From IMG/VR virus record IMGVR_UViG_2737471821_000011, positions 1 through 35,243 of that record: a stretch of DNA of 35,243 bases. One strand, written 5' to 3'. Positions 17,209 through 26,983 of this stretch are shown here, piece after piece (the stretch's first letter is position 1; each line of letters opens with the position of its first letter). The notes under the pieces were generated by a model. That model ran no database searches and had not been told where the DNA came from. It saw only the letters and a program-made list of their open reading frames with translations. Source of the DNA: a virus (Duplodnaviria; Heunggongvirae; Uroviricota; Caudoviricetes). The translations under genes were made by a program, and so were the position numbers.

Positions 17209-17501
17209 CAGATTACGAAGACGATCAACTGAAAGAAGAAAACGCCCGTAAGCAACGTGACATGGCGCAGCGTGAAATTGATGACATTCGCTTTGTCATG
17301 AGCAGTGAACAGGGGCGTCGCGTTGTCTGGTCGGTGCTGGAGAAAGGCCGTGTGTTTTCCGCTATCTCACCGATGGACGCTATGGCAATGGCATTTAATG
17401 AGGGGCAACGCAATCTGGCGCTGGAACTGTTTCAGCGCGTTATGTCGCATTGCCCTGAACAGTATTTGAAGATGGCCAAAGAGGCCAGTGAACAGGAGTG
17501 A
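17205..17501 (+). CDS. Hypothetical head-morphogenesis protein
   Basis: 98-aa ORF, ATGA overlap with the portal gene. Confidence 0.45.
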   Translation: MTDYEDDQLKEENARKQRDMAQREIDDIRFVMSSEQGRRVVWSVLEKGRVFSAISPMDAMAMAFNEGQRNLALELFQRVMSHCPEQYLKMAKEASEQE

Positions 17502-17503
17502 TC

Positions 17504-18199
17504 ATGAATTTATTTGAGCGTTTGCTGTATCGCTGTCTTTGCAATGAGCAACCAGTCGATGGTGGAGCAGCTCCGGCTGCGTCAGAACCGTCAGCGCCTG
17601 CAGGTGATAACCCTGCTCCAGTTGGTGATCCATCACAACAGGAAGGTGATAAGCCACAACCTGTTGCTGATGGCGATAAACCTGCTGATGACAAAAAGCC
17701 TGAAAACGATAAGCAGGATGAAAAAAAGGACGGCGATAAACCAGAGGGGGCGCCTGAGAAGTACGAGTTTCAGGCTGCCGAAGGCGTAGAGCTGGATACA
17801 GAAGCGTTGAAGGAATTCGAGCCGGTGGCGCGAGAACTTAACCTGACCAACGAACAAGCGCAAAAGCTGGTTGATGCTTATCCGAAGATTCTGGCAGGTG
17901 TTCAGCAGCGCCAGGCAGAAGCCTGGCAGAAAACAACAGAGCAGTGGGCTGCGGATGTAAAAGCTGACAAAGAAATCGGTGGCGACAAGTTGATTTCTAA
18001 CCTTAGCGCCGCACAGCGTGCGCTTGACCAGTTCGGGACACCCGAGCTCAAAGAATATCTGAACACCACCGGACTGGGTAATCACCCTGATCTGGTCAAA
18101 ACGTTCGTGAAAATCGGAAAGGCGATGTCTGAAGATGGCATGGTCACCGGTGGTAATGAAGGCCAGCGTAGTGCGGCCGAAGTGCTCTATGGCAAATAA
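17504..18199 (+). CDS. Scaffolding protein (acidic, Pro/Ala/Asp/Lys-rich)
   Basis: Between the portal and capsid genes; ATG at 17504 with AGGAG 5 nt upstream; highly charged low-complexity centre. Confidence 0.55.
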   Translation: MNLFERLLYRCLCNEQPVDGGAAPAASEPSAPAGDNPAPVGDPSQQEGDKPQPVADGDKPADDKKPENDKQDEKKDGDKPEGAPEKYEFQAAEGVELDTEALKEFEPVARELNLTNEQAQKLVDAYPKILAGVQQRQAEAWQKTTEQWAADVKADKEIGGDKLISNLSAAQRALDQFGTPELKEYLNTTGLGNHPDLVKTFVKIGKAMSEDGMVTGGNEGQRSAAEVLYGK

Positions 18200-18213
18200 G
18201 AGAGGAAATAACA

Positions 18214-19200
18214 ATGGCTGTTAAAGGCTTAACTGCGCTAACGCTGGCTGACTGGGGTAAGCGCGTCGATCCAAACGGGAAAGTCGATAAGATTATCGAG
18301 CTTCTCGGTCAAACTAACCCGATCCTTCAGGATATGCCTTTTGTCGAAGGGAACCTTCCTACCGGACACCGAACCACCATTCGTTCTGGTTTACCTTCAG
18401 CTACCTGGCGTTTGCTGAACTATGGCGTACAGCCAAGCAAATCAACCACAGTGCAGGTAACCGATTCCGTGGGCATGCTGGAAACCTATGCTGAAGTCGA
18501 TAAGTCACTGGCTGATCTGAACGGCAATACCGCCGAATTCCGCCTGTCTGAAGACCGCGCATTTATTGAAGCGATGAATCAGCAGATGGCGCAGACGCTG
18601 TTTTATGGTGATTCCAGCGTTAACCCTCAGCAGTTTATGGGACTTTCCTCCCGCTATTCCAGCCTGTCTGCGGGTAATGCTCAGAACATCATTGATGCTG
18701 GTGGCACGGGTACAGATAACACCTCAATCTGGTTAGTGGTGTGGGGCGAAAACACCGTGCATGGCATCTTCCCGAAAGGGCAGAAGGCTGGCATCCAGAT
18801 GGAAGATAAAGGCCAGGTGACACTGGAAGATGCTAATGGCGGCAAGTACGAAGGCTATCGCACCCATTACAAATGGGATAACGGACTTGCTCTGCGTGAC
18901 TGGCGTTATGTTGTTCGCATTGCAAACATCGATGTCAGCAATCTTTCAGAACCTTCCTCTGCCGCAAATATTGCGAAGTTGATGGTTAAAGCACTGCATC
19001 GCATTCCAAACCGTGGCATGGGTCGCCCGGTGTTCTACATGAACCGCACTGTAGGCCAGGCTCTTGATCTGCAATCTCTGGAGAAAACATCTCTGGCGAT
19101 CAGCGTAAAAGAGACAGAAGGCGAGTGGTGGACGTCATTCCGTGGTGTACCAATCCGTGAAACTGATGCGCTTCTGGAAACAGAAGCCCGCGTGGTGTAA
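18214..19200 (+). CDS. Major capsid protein
   Basis: 328 aa, immediately after the scaffold gene, followed by a strong hairpin. Assignment by synteny and size. Confidence 0.7.
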   Translation: MAVKGLTALTLADWGKRVDPNGKVDKIIELLGQTNPILQDMPFVEGNLPTGHRTTIRSGLPSATWRLLNYGVQPSKSTTVQVTDSVGMLETYAEVDKSLADLNGNTAEFRLSEDRAFIEAMNQQMAQTLFYGDSSVNPQQFMGLSSRYSSLSAGNAQNIIDAGGTGTDNTSIWLVVWGENTVHGIFPKGQKAGIQMEDKGQVTLEDANGGKYEGYRTHYKWDNGLALRDWRYVVRIANIDVSNLSEPSSAANIAKLMVKALHRIPNRGMGRPVFYMNRTVGQALDLQSLEKTSLAISVKETEGEWWTSFRGVPIRETDALLETEARVV

Positions 19201-19216
19201 CGCCTGTTATTAACCT

Positions 19217-19236
19217 GTGGGTCGTAACAGACCCAC
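19217..19236 (+). other. Stable hairpin after the capsid gene (no U tract)
   Basis: GTGGGTC-GTAACA-GACCCAC, perfect 7-bp stem; likely an mRNA stability or processing element rather than a terminator. Confidence 0.5.
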
Positions 19237-19251
19237 TAATGGAGAAAGAAG

Positions 19252-19689
19252 ATGATCACCGACAAACTGTTGATGTTCTCCGAAGCTCAGGCGGTTACGA
19301 ATACCGCGGCTTCTACTGACGTAATCGATCTCGGTCCAATTGACGGAAAACGTCGTGATATCGGCGTGGGTTACCCGCTTGAGTTTTGGGCGCTGGTTAA
19401 CACAGCCGCCGCAGCAAGCGGTGATGCAACTGTAAACATCCAGTTGCAGACGAGTGAGGATAACAGCTCATGGACCACTATTTATGATAGTGGTGCACTG
19501 GCAAAGACCGCCCTGACAGCAGGTAAACGAGTTGTTTCTGCAAAGGTGCCTGCCGGTGTTCAGCGATATCTGCGTGTTAACTACTCCGTCGCAACTGGCC
19601 CACTAACGGCTGGCGAATTCACTGCTGGTATCAGTCTTGATGTTGATGCCAATACGCCGTATCCGATCCGCTCAAAAGTAACTGGTTAA
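19252..19689 (+). CDS. Hypothetical virion protein
   Basis: 145-aa ORF with GGAGAAAGAAG RBS. Confidence 0.45.
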   Translation: MITDKLLMFSEAQAVTNTAASTDVIDLGPIDGKRRDIGVGYPLEFWALVNTAAAASGDATVNIQLQTSEDNSSWTTIYDSGALAKTALTAGKRVVSAKVPAGVQRYLRVNYSVATGPLTAGEFTAGISLDVDANTPYPIRSKVTG

Positions 19690-19699
19690 GGTGATATCG

Positions 19700-20029
19700 A
19701 TGTCAGGTGAGAAACCAAGATACCGCGTTCTGCGCCTCTCTCATATCCATAACACACTGTGGCCGGAGGGGGCAGAAATCGAATACGAAGGTGAGCCTGG
19801 TAGCGCACTGGAACCTGTTAACGATGCAGCCAGACAGGCAAAAGTTGCAGGAAAGGTGTCAATGGCAGCAACCAGCACCAAAATCATCAACGATGTGTCA
19901 GATGATGGTGAACTGGATAAGCTCCGTGAAGAGTACGAATTGCTCTTTAACGAGAAGCCACACCATAACGCTAAAGCCGAAACGCTCCGCGAGAAGATCG
20001 CAGATAAGCGTAAAGAACTGGGCGTGTAA
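19700..20029 (+). CDS. Hypothetical small virion-associated protein
   Basis: ATG at 19700 with AAGGTGA RBS (the track ORF starts at a GTG 9 nt upstream). Confidence 0.4.
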   Translation: MSGEKPRYRVLRLSHIHNTLWPEGAEIEYEGEPGSALEPVNDAARQAKVAGKVSMAATSTKIINDVSDDGELDKLREEYELLFNEKPHHNAKAETLREKIADKRKELGV

Positions 20030-20047
20030 GCCTCGCGAATCCGACAA

Positions 20048-20067
20048 GGGGCTTCGGCCCCTTTATT
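20048..20067 (+). terminator. Intrinsic terminator or attenuator inside the late region
   Basis: GGGGC-TTCG-GCCCC followed by TTTATT. Confidence 0.6.
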
Positions 20068-20079
20068 ACAGGAGTGTAT

Positions 20080-20403
20080 ATGGAACTCGTAAACCTCAAA
20101 ACCGGCACTGACAGCTACCAGGATGAGAGCGGAGAAACCAGAACTCGCGATGAATACCCGTGGGGGCTGTGCATCACTCTTAATAACGACACATTGAATA
20201 AGCTGAAGGCGCAACCTCAGGGCGTCGGAGCAGAAGTGATGATAACTGCAAAGGCTGTTATTCGAGGCCTGTCTGCCAGAGAAACTGACGATGGTGTTAA
20301 TCGCATCGCCGATCTGCAGATCACTGATATGGCGATCGCTCCTGTTTCCGGGGATGTAGAAAAATCAGCGGCTGAAACCCTGTACGGCAATGGGGGTGAG
20401 TAA
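20080..20403 (+). CDS. Hypothetical protein with scaffold-like C-terminal motif
   Basis: ATG at 20080 with AGGAG RBS; C-terminus SAAETLYG echoes the scaffold C-terminus SAAEVLYG. Confidence 0.4.
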   Translation: MELVNLKTGTDSYQDESGETRTRDEYPWGLCITLNNDTLNKLKAQPQGVGAEVMITAKAVIRGLSARETDDGVNRIADLQITDMAIAPVSGDVEKSAAETLYGNGGE

Positions 20404-21008
20404 TGGCCTCTGTGGTAGAGATCTGCAATCGTGCGCTGTCCAATATTGGCAACAGCCGCAGCATTAACAGCCTGACGGAAGCCAGCAAGGAAGCGGGGGA
20501 ATGTTCGCTGCACTTTGAGGCCTGCCGTGATGCTGTGCTTTCTGATTTTGACTGGAACTTTGCTACCAAACGCGTGGCGCTTGCAGATACGAGCAATCCA
20601 CCGCCTGACTGGGAATATGCGTACCAGTACCCGTCCGATTGTCTGCGCATTACTGAAATTATGCTTCCTGGTGTACGCAATCCAACAGCAGCAATGCGCG
20701 TTCAGCACGAAGTTGGTGCAGACACCAACGGAACAGGAAAGTTGATCTACACAGACCAGCCTCAGGCATGGCTCAAGTATGTCTCTCGCGTTACAGATGT
20801 GAACATGTTTGATGCCATTTTTATGGAGGCGTTGGCCTGGCGTCTTGCGGCAGCTATTAACATGGCGCTGACTGGGAATGCAGACCTCGGTACGTTTGCC
20901 CTCAATATGTACAATCGCGTGATTCTTAGTGCTGGCTCGCATAGCCAGAATGAATCACAGGAACCACAGCCACCGGTTGACGAGTTTACCATTGCGAGGT
21001 TGTCCTGA
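20403..21008 (+). CDS. Tail adaptor / tubular-protein-like
   Basis: 201 aa; position between head genes and the large tail hub gene; TAATG overlap. Confidence 0.4.
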   Translation: MASVVEICNRALSNIGNSRSINSLTEASKEAGECSLHFEACRDAVLSDFDWNFATKRVALADTSNPPPDWEYAYQYPSDCLRITEIMLPGVRNPTAAMRVQHEVGADTNGTGKLIYTDQPQAWLKYVSRVTDVNMFDAIFMEALAWRLAAAINMALTGNADLGTFALNMYNRVILSAGSHSQNESQEPQPPVDEFTIARLS

Positions 21009-23461
21009 TGGCTATCAGTTGGATCCAGCCAAGCTTTGCTGGTGGTGAGATTGGACCGTCGTTGTACGGGCGTATCGACATGGCGAAGTACCAGGTGGCA
21101 TTGCGCAAGTGCGATAACTTTATCGTGCGGCAGTATGGCGGCGTTGAGAATCGACCTGGTACGCGTTTTGTCGGTGCCGCCAAATACCCAAATCGGAAAT
21201 GCCGCCTGATCCCGTTCCAGTTCTCGACGGTTCAGACTTATGCTCTGGAGTTCGGACACCAGTACATGCGCGTTATCAAAGATGGTGCGTTGGTGCTGAA
21301 CAGCAGCAATGTTATTTATGAAATTGCCACGCCATATACTGAAGCCGATCTGTTCAGAATTAAATTCACGCAAAGCGCAGACGTGCTTACGCTGGTTCAT
21401 CCGGCATACCCGCCGAAAGAGTTGCGCCGCTATGCGCATGACAACTGGCAACTGGTTGATGTGGTAACGAAGAACGGGCCATTTGAAGATATCAATATTG
21501 ACGAGTCAGTGACGGTTTATGCCAGCGCCAGCACCGGGACAATTACGTTAACGGCAAGCGCCTCTATTTTTGGCGCGGAGCAGGTAGGCAAATTGTTCTA
21601 TCTGGAACAGCCAGCAGTGGATTCAGTACCGGTATGGGAAACCAGTAAGAGTACGTCGATTGGCGATATTCGCCGTGCAGACAGTAACTACTATCGCGCC
21701 GTTACAGCAGGCAAAACAGGCACTTTGCGCCCTTCGCATACAGAAGGCACATCATGGGATGGCTGGGGCGGCTCCGGTGATGATGATACTGGCATTGAGT
21801 GGGAGTATCTGCACAGTGGTTTTGGCATTGCCCGTATAACTGCTGTAAATGGCACTACTGCAACTGCTGAGGTGATTTCCTATATCCCTTCGCAGGTAGT
21901 TGGCGAGGATAATGCCAGCTATAAATGGGCTAAATATGCCTGGAACAGTGTTAATGGTTATCCTGGCACTGTTGTTTATTATCAACAACGTCTTTACTTC
22001 GCCGCATCGACTGCGTTCCCTCAGACTATCTGGGCCAGCCGTACCGGGGATTATAAGGATTTTGGCAAAAGCAATCCTACGCAGGATGACGACAGAATTA
22101 TCTACACCTATGCCGGGCGTCAGGTTAATGAGATCCGCCACCTGATTGATGTCGGTTCGCTGGTGGCACTGACTTCTGGAGGTGAGTACGTCATCACCGG
22201 CGACCAGAACAAAGTGTTAACCCCATCATCATTTGCATTCAGCTCTCAGGGATCAAATGGCTCGAGCAATGTCCCACCAATTGCCGTGGCGAATATTGCT
22301 CTGTTCGTCCAGGAGAAAGGCAGTGTTGTACGCGATCTGGCCTACTCATTCGATGTTGACGGATATCAGGGGAACGACCTTACTATCCTTGCCAATCATC
22401 TTTTTCAGAAGCACAGCATTGTTGACTGGTGCTTCTCGATTGTCCCTTACTCCAGCGCCTTCTGCATTCGTGATGATGGTAAATTACTGGTGATGACCTA
22501 CTTGCGTGATCAGCAGGTTTTTGCATGGGCACCACAATCCAGTACCGGAAAATATGAAAGCACATGCAGTATCAGCGAAGGCAATGAAGATGCGGTGTAT
22601 TTCGTCGTTAACCGAACCGTTAACGGGCAAACAGTGAGATACATCGAGAGACTGTCCAGCCGTTTATTTACCAGCGATGAAGATGCTTTCTTTGTTGATT
22701 CTGGCCTTAGCTATGATGGAAGAAATACGTCTGACAGAACGATGACAATCACTGGTGGTTCTGGCGAATGGGATTACCGCGCGGAATATACAATCAGTGT
22801 TTCTGGTGGTGCGTACTTCACCAGTAGTGATGTTGGTGCGCAACTACAGTTCCCTTATACCGGCGATGAAGTGTCAAAAAAATTACGTTGCGACATTATT
22901 TCTGTAACCAGCACTACTGCTGTAGTGGTTCGTGCTAACAGGAACGTCCCGACATCCCTCAGGGATGTGGGCACCACGAACTGGCAAATGGCGCGCCGGA
23001 CATTTGGAGGCCTGTCTCATCTTGAAGGACAGACCGTAAACATTCTCTCTGATGCTAATGTGGAGCCACAGAAAGTGGTTTCCGGAGGTGCCGTCACGCT
23101 GGAATCACCTGGGGCTGTAGTGCACATCGGCCTGCCAATAACTGCTGAATTCGAAACACTGGATATCAACATTAACGGACAGGAAACGCTGCTGGACAAA
23201 AAACAGGTGATCCCGTCCGTTACTCTGGTTGTGAATGCCAGCCGCGGCATCTGGGCGACTACGCCAGGCGGTAAATGGTACGAATATCCACAGCGTGAAT
23301 TCGAGTTCTACGATGATCCTGTTGATGACGCTACCGGAAAAGTAGAAGTGAAACTGGACAGTAACTGGGGCAAAAACGGACGTGTAAGAATCCGTCAGCT
23401 TGACCCGTTGCCGCTGTCTGTTCTTGCCGTTATTCCTCGCCTTACTGTTGGGGGATTCTGA
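21008..23461 (+). CDS. Large tail hub / tail tubular protein
   Basis: 817-aa ORF; size and position as for podoviral tail hub proteins. Confidence 0.5.
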   Translation: MAISWIQPSFAGGEIGPSLYGRIDMAKYQVALRKCDNFIVRQYGGVENRPGTRFVGAAKYPNRKCRLIPFQFSTVQTYALEFGHQYMRVIKDGALVLNSSNVIYEIATPYTEADLFRIKFTQSADVLTLVHPAYPPKELRRYAHDNWQLVDVVTKNGPFEDINIDESVTVYASASTGTITLTASASIFGAEQVGKLFYLEQPAVDSVPVWETSKSTSIGDIRRADSNYYRAVTAGKTGTLRPSHTEGTSWDGWGGSGDDDTGIEWEYLHSGFGIARITAVNGTTATAEVISYIPSQVVGEDNASYKWAKYAWNSVNGYPGTVVYYQQRLYFAASTAFPQTIWASRTGDYKDFGKSNPTQDDDRIIYTYAGRQVNEIRHLIDVGSLVALTSGGEYVITGDQNKVLTPSSFAFSSQGSNGSSNVPPIAVANIALFVQEKGSVVRDLAYSFDVDGYQGNDLTILANHLFQKHSIVDWCFSIVPYSSAFCIRDDGKLLVMTYLRDQQVFAWAPQSSTGKYESTCSISEGNEDAVYFVVNRTVNGQTVRYIERLSSRLFTSDEDAFFVDSGLSYDGRNTSDRTMTITGGSGEWDYRAEYTISVSGGAYFTSSDVGAQLQFPYTGDEVSKKLRCDIISVTSTTAVVVRANRNVPTSLRDVGTTNWQMARRTFGGLSHLEGQTVNILSDANVEPQKVVSGGAVTLESPGAVVHIGLPITAEFETLDININGQETLLDKKQVIPSVTLVVNASRGIWATTPGGKWYEYPQREFEFYDDPVDDATGKVEVKLDSNWGKNGRVRIRQLDPLPLSVLAVIPRLTVGGF

Positions 23462-23925
23462 TGATCGATGTTCGAATTATTCCCGCTACCGAAGAGCATC
23501 TTCAGATGATTTTGCCGGATGTTCGTCAGGCTGATATTGACGAACTGTATGCGGTATCACTGATGACTACCGAAGATGCGCTGCGTGTTGGTCTGCGTAC
23601 TGCGACTATGGCCTGGTCAGGATTTGCGAACGGAGAACCGGTAACCATGTTTGGCGTATCTCCGGCGTCAATGATCGGTGGCAATGGTACGCCCTGGCTG
23701 GTCGGAACCAGCCGTATCGAAAAATATCAGAAGACATTTCTTCGCCACTGCCGCCTTGTATTGCAGCAGATGCTGGCAGTTTATCCGCGCCTGGAAAACT
23801 ATGTCGACGAGCGAAACCATGTTGCCAAAGCATGGCTGCACTGGCTTGGATTCAGGCTTGAAGAAGCCGCGCCTTATGGTGCTCTTGGTCTTAATTTCCA
23901 CAGATTTCACATGGAGAGAAAATAA
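23461..23925 (+). CDS. Hypothetical virion protein
   Basis: 154-aa ORF, TGATG overlap. Confidence 0.4.
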   Translation: MIDVRIIPATEEHLQMILPDVRQADIDELYAVSLMTTEDALRVGLRTATMAWSGFANGEPVTMFGVSPASMIGGNGTPWLVGTSRIEKYQKTFLRHCRLVLQQMLAVYPRLENYVDERNHVAKAWLHWLGFRLEEAAPYGALGLNFHRFHMERK

Positions 23926-24470
23926 TGTGCGATCCGGTTATTGCTGGTGGCGCAATGCTCGCCATGAGTGGCATTCAGGCATACACCCAGTACCAACAGG
24001 GAAAGTATGCCTCGAAGGTTGCAGAAGCGAACGCAGATATAGCCACAGCTCAGGCAAATGATGCAATAAACAGAGGTAACGCTGAAGCTGAGCAACGGCG
24101 CAGAGAGACCCGACAGCGGCTTGGTACACAGGCGGCGACAATGGGGGCTACCGGCGCTGATTTATCTACAGGTAACGCGCTGGATATATTTGGCGACACT
24201 GCCCAGTTTGGCGCTCTTGATTCTCTGACGACGGTGAATAACGCGCAACGCGAGGCTTACGGTTATCAGGTTCAGGCTGCCAACTATAAAGCAGAAGCCA
24301 GTTCAGCCCGTAAACAGGGGAATGTGGGAGCAGCAACAACATTGCTCACTGCGCCTCTGAAGGCATACGGTGCGTACCAGATGTTTGGTGGGACGTGGAG
24401 TCCGTTTACTCAAAGCACTCCTGCACCAATCGGGGCAGCAGCAGGAACCAGATTACCCGGAGGATTATAA
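23925..24470 (+). CDS. Internal virion protein (Ala/Gln-rich)
   Basis: 181-aa ORF, TAATG overlaps at both ends. Confidence 0.4.
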   Translation: MCDPVIAGGAMLAMSGIQAYTQYQQGKYASKVAEANADIATAQANDAINRGNAEAEQRRRETRQRLGTQAATMGATGADLSTGNALDIFGDTAQFGALDSLTTVNNAQREAYGYQVQAANYKAEASSARKQGNVGAATTLLTAPLKAYGAYQMFGGTWSPFTQSTPAPIGAAAGTRLPGGL

Positions 24471-26983
24471 TGCCAGTCGTACCAACAGTATCCGGACGTC
24501 AGGTTGAGAGCCGTGGAGTTCAGTCAGCAGGCTTGCAGACGTTTTCTCAGCCAGGTATTGGTGATGCTTTTGTTCGGGCAGGGGCAGAGGCAATTGATGT
24601 TTTTGGTCAGGCAAAACAGCGTGCCAATATCGCTCTGGCTCAGGAGGCATCTCTTAACCTCAGTCAGATAAGCAGCGATCTGTTGAATAACCCTGAAACA
24701 GGTTTGCTTAACCTGAAAGGGAAAAATGCTATTGGAAAAGGTCAGGAGTATACGCAGCAGTTTGATGCTCAGATCGAACAACTGGCTATGTCGCTGCCGG
24801 ATGAACAGGCTCGTAATGCTTTCATGCAGCAGGCGCAGCAGCAGCGTATTCAGTTCACTACGCAGGCTGGGCGGCACGAGATAGGGCAAATAAATGCCTA
24901 CGAAGAAGGCCAGTTTCAGGCGACGCTGCTGAACAATGGTAAAAATGCCGCAGCATTGTATGGCGACAACGCCGCATACGTATTGGCTAATAAGCAAACT
25001 TTCCAGCAAATTGAGGATTACGGCATTGCGCATGGCTGGAGCGACGAGCAAATACAGGCCAAGAAAATCGAGTTTAAAGAGAAGGTTGCTGATGCCGCAT
25101 TGTCCCAGTGGTCGGCAAACAATGCGACCGCATTCATCCAAAGTAATGGCGAGTTAAGTGATACTGCTGCTGGAGCTCGCCGTGCTGTAGCAGATAGTGA
25201 CTCTTCCGAGCGTGCCCGTGGCATACGCAACAATAACCCAGGAAATCTCGAATACAGCAAAACTAATCCGTGGGTAGGCCAGACCGGTGATGATGGTCGA
25301 TTTGCGAAATTCGAAACACCTGAACACGGGATTCGTGCATTAGGGCGGAACCTGATGTCGTATCAGAGGCAGGGTATTGATACCGTCAGTGAGATAATTA
25401 ATCGCTGGGCACCGCCTACTGATAAAAATGACACTATGTCGTATATCAAAGCAGTGTGCGAACAACTTGGCGTTTCTGCTGATGAGCCTCTCGATGCATC
25501 TAATCCTGATACCCTGAAGGCGCTTTGTGCAGCCATTATCCATCATGAGAACGGTAGCCAGCCATACAGTGATCAGCAGTTAACTGCTGGTGTCAGTGCA
25601 GCACTTGGTTTATCAACAATTCCAACCAACACCAAACGCTATACCGGTAATGCAGCATTCGATGCGGCATCTCCTGAGGCGCAGGCAAGTTTTATGCGAC
25701 AGGCGGATCAACTGCGTCGGCAGCAGCAGGCTGAATATAAAACGATGATTGACAGCCAGGTTCGCGATGCGACAGCTGCGTATATGCGTGGCGTTGAATT
25801 TCCTAACCCACCTGGTGAGGATGATTTTATTGCAGCTTATGGTGTCAGAGAAGGAAACCTGCGATATACCGAGTTTAAGAATACGCAGATCGCCGGACAG
25901 TATATAGGTTCTTTCCGCAACATGCCGACAAGCAGCATTACAGCATATGTTGAGCAATTACGCCCGGATACTGGTGAGACAGGGGAGGGGTATGCGGCAC
26001 GCGCAGCTCTTTATGACAACGTTGTTTCGGCTGCAAATCAGGTGATAAAGCAGCGGCAATCGGATCCTGTGCAGTTCTCTCTTGCCGCCGGACAGGCTAA
26101 GCCTATCGACATGAGCAATAAGGATAACTTTGGACAGAGCGTTGCCTTGCGTGCCGCTCAGGTCAGTGACCTTGCCAAGTCATATGGCACTCCACTGACG
26201 TTCTTTTCCAAAGACGAGGCCAATCAGATCGGTGTTTTCTTTCGTGATGCGCCCGTTTCCCAACAGGCAGCATATCTCGATACCATCAGGCAAAGCACTG
26301 GCGGTGGGCAGGTGTATATGTCAGCACTACAGCAGATCAGTGCCAACGCTCCATCTGCTGCCGTTGCCGGGATACTGATGGATAAGCCTGGTGGTATTTT
26401 GGCAGAAAAAAACTGGTTTAATCCGGATGTTTCCGTGTCTCCTGAAACCGCTGCGCAGACAATTCTTGCTGGCGCGGCGGCTCGTAAAGGTACTGATGAT
26501 TCGAAAGGTATTCCGATGCCTAAAGATGCTGATCTTCGCCTTGAGTTTTCTGACATGGTGAAGGATGCATTTGCTGGTGATGCTCAGGGGGCATCAATGG
26601 CATACGAGATCGCAAAGGACTATTACGCTGGTGTGATGGCGAAAAAAGGCGTGGTATCAGGCGAAATTGACAATGATATCTGGAAACAGGCTGTTAACGT
26701 AGCTACAGGTGGCGTGCATGACTATAACGGAATGGGGAATGTTCTTTTGCCGTGGGGAATGTCTGCAGAGCAATTCGATAAGCAGGTTAATCAGGCTTGG
26801 AATGAACAAGTTGTCGGCACAGGGATAAAAACACCGCCTGGTCAGTATGGTTTGCAAAGTTACGGCGATAGTCAGTACCTAGTAAAACTTGGGACTGGAT
26901 ATCTGCTGAAGGATGATGGTTCTCCTGTTGTTCTTGATCTGACACAGAAGCGTCAGAGATTCTCCGGAGATATTCCGCAATGA
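24470..26983 (+). CDS. Large internal virion / ejection protein
   Basis: 837 aa from the ATG at 24470 (GGAGGA RBS); contains a conserved-looking block ARGIRNNNPGNLEY...RFAKFETPEHGIRA. Confidence 0.5.
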   Translation: MPVVPTVSGRQVESRGVQSAGLQTFSQPGIGDAFVRAGAEAIDVFGQAKQRANIALAQEASLNLSQISSDLLNNPETGLLNLKGKNAIGKGQEYTQQFDAQIEQLAMSLPDEQARNAFMQQAQQQRIQFTTQAGRHEIGQINAYEEGQFQATLLNNGKNAAALYGDNAAYVLANKQTFQQIEDYGIAHGWSDEQIQAKKIEFKEKVADAALSQWSANNATAFIQSNGELSDTAAGARRAVADSDSSERARGIRNNNPGNLEYSKTNPWVGQTGDDGRFAKFETPEHGIRALGRNLMSYQRQGIDTVSEIINRWAPPTDKNDTMSYIKAVCEQLGVSADEPLDASNPDTLKALCAAIIHHENGSQPYSDQQLTAGVSAALGLSTIPTNTKRYTGNAAFDAASPEAQASFMRQADQLRRQQQAEYKTMIDSQVRDATAAYMRGVEFPNPPGEDDFIAAYGVREGNLRYTEFKNTQIAGQYIGSFRNMPTSSITAYVEQLRPDTGETGEGYAARAALYDNVVSAANQVIKQRQSDPVQFSLAAGQAKPIDMSNKDNFGQSVALRAAQVSDLAKSYGTPLTFFSKDEANQIGVFFRDAPVSQQAAYLDTIRQSTGGGQVYMSALQQISANAPSAAVAGILMDKPGGILAEKNWFNPDVSVSPETAAQTILAGAAARKGTDDSKGIPMPKDADLRLEFSDMVKDAFAGDAQGASMAYEIAKDYYAGVMAKKGVVSGEIDNDIWKQAVNVATGGVHDYNGMGNVLLPWGMSAEQFDKQVNQAWNEQVVGTGIKTPPGQYGLQSYGDSQYLVKLGTGYLLKDDGSPVVLDLTQKRQRFSGDIPQ

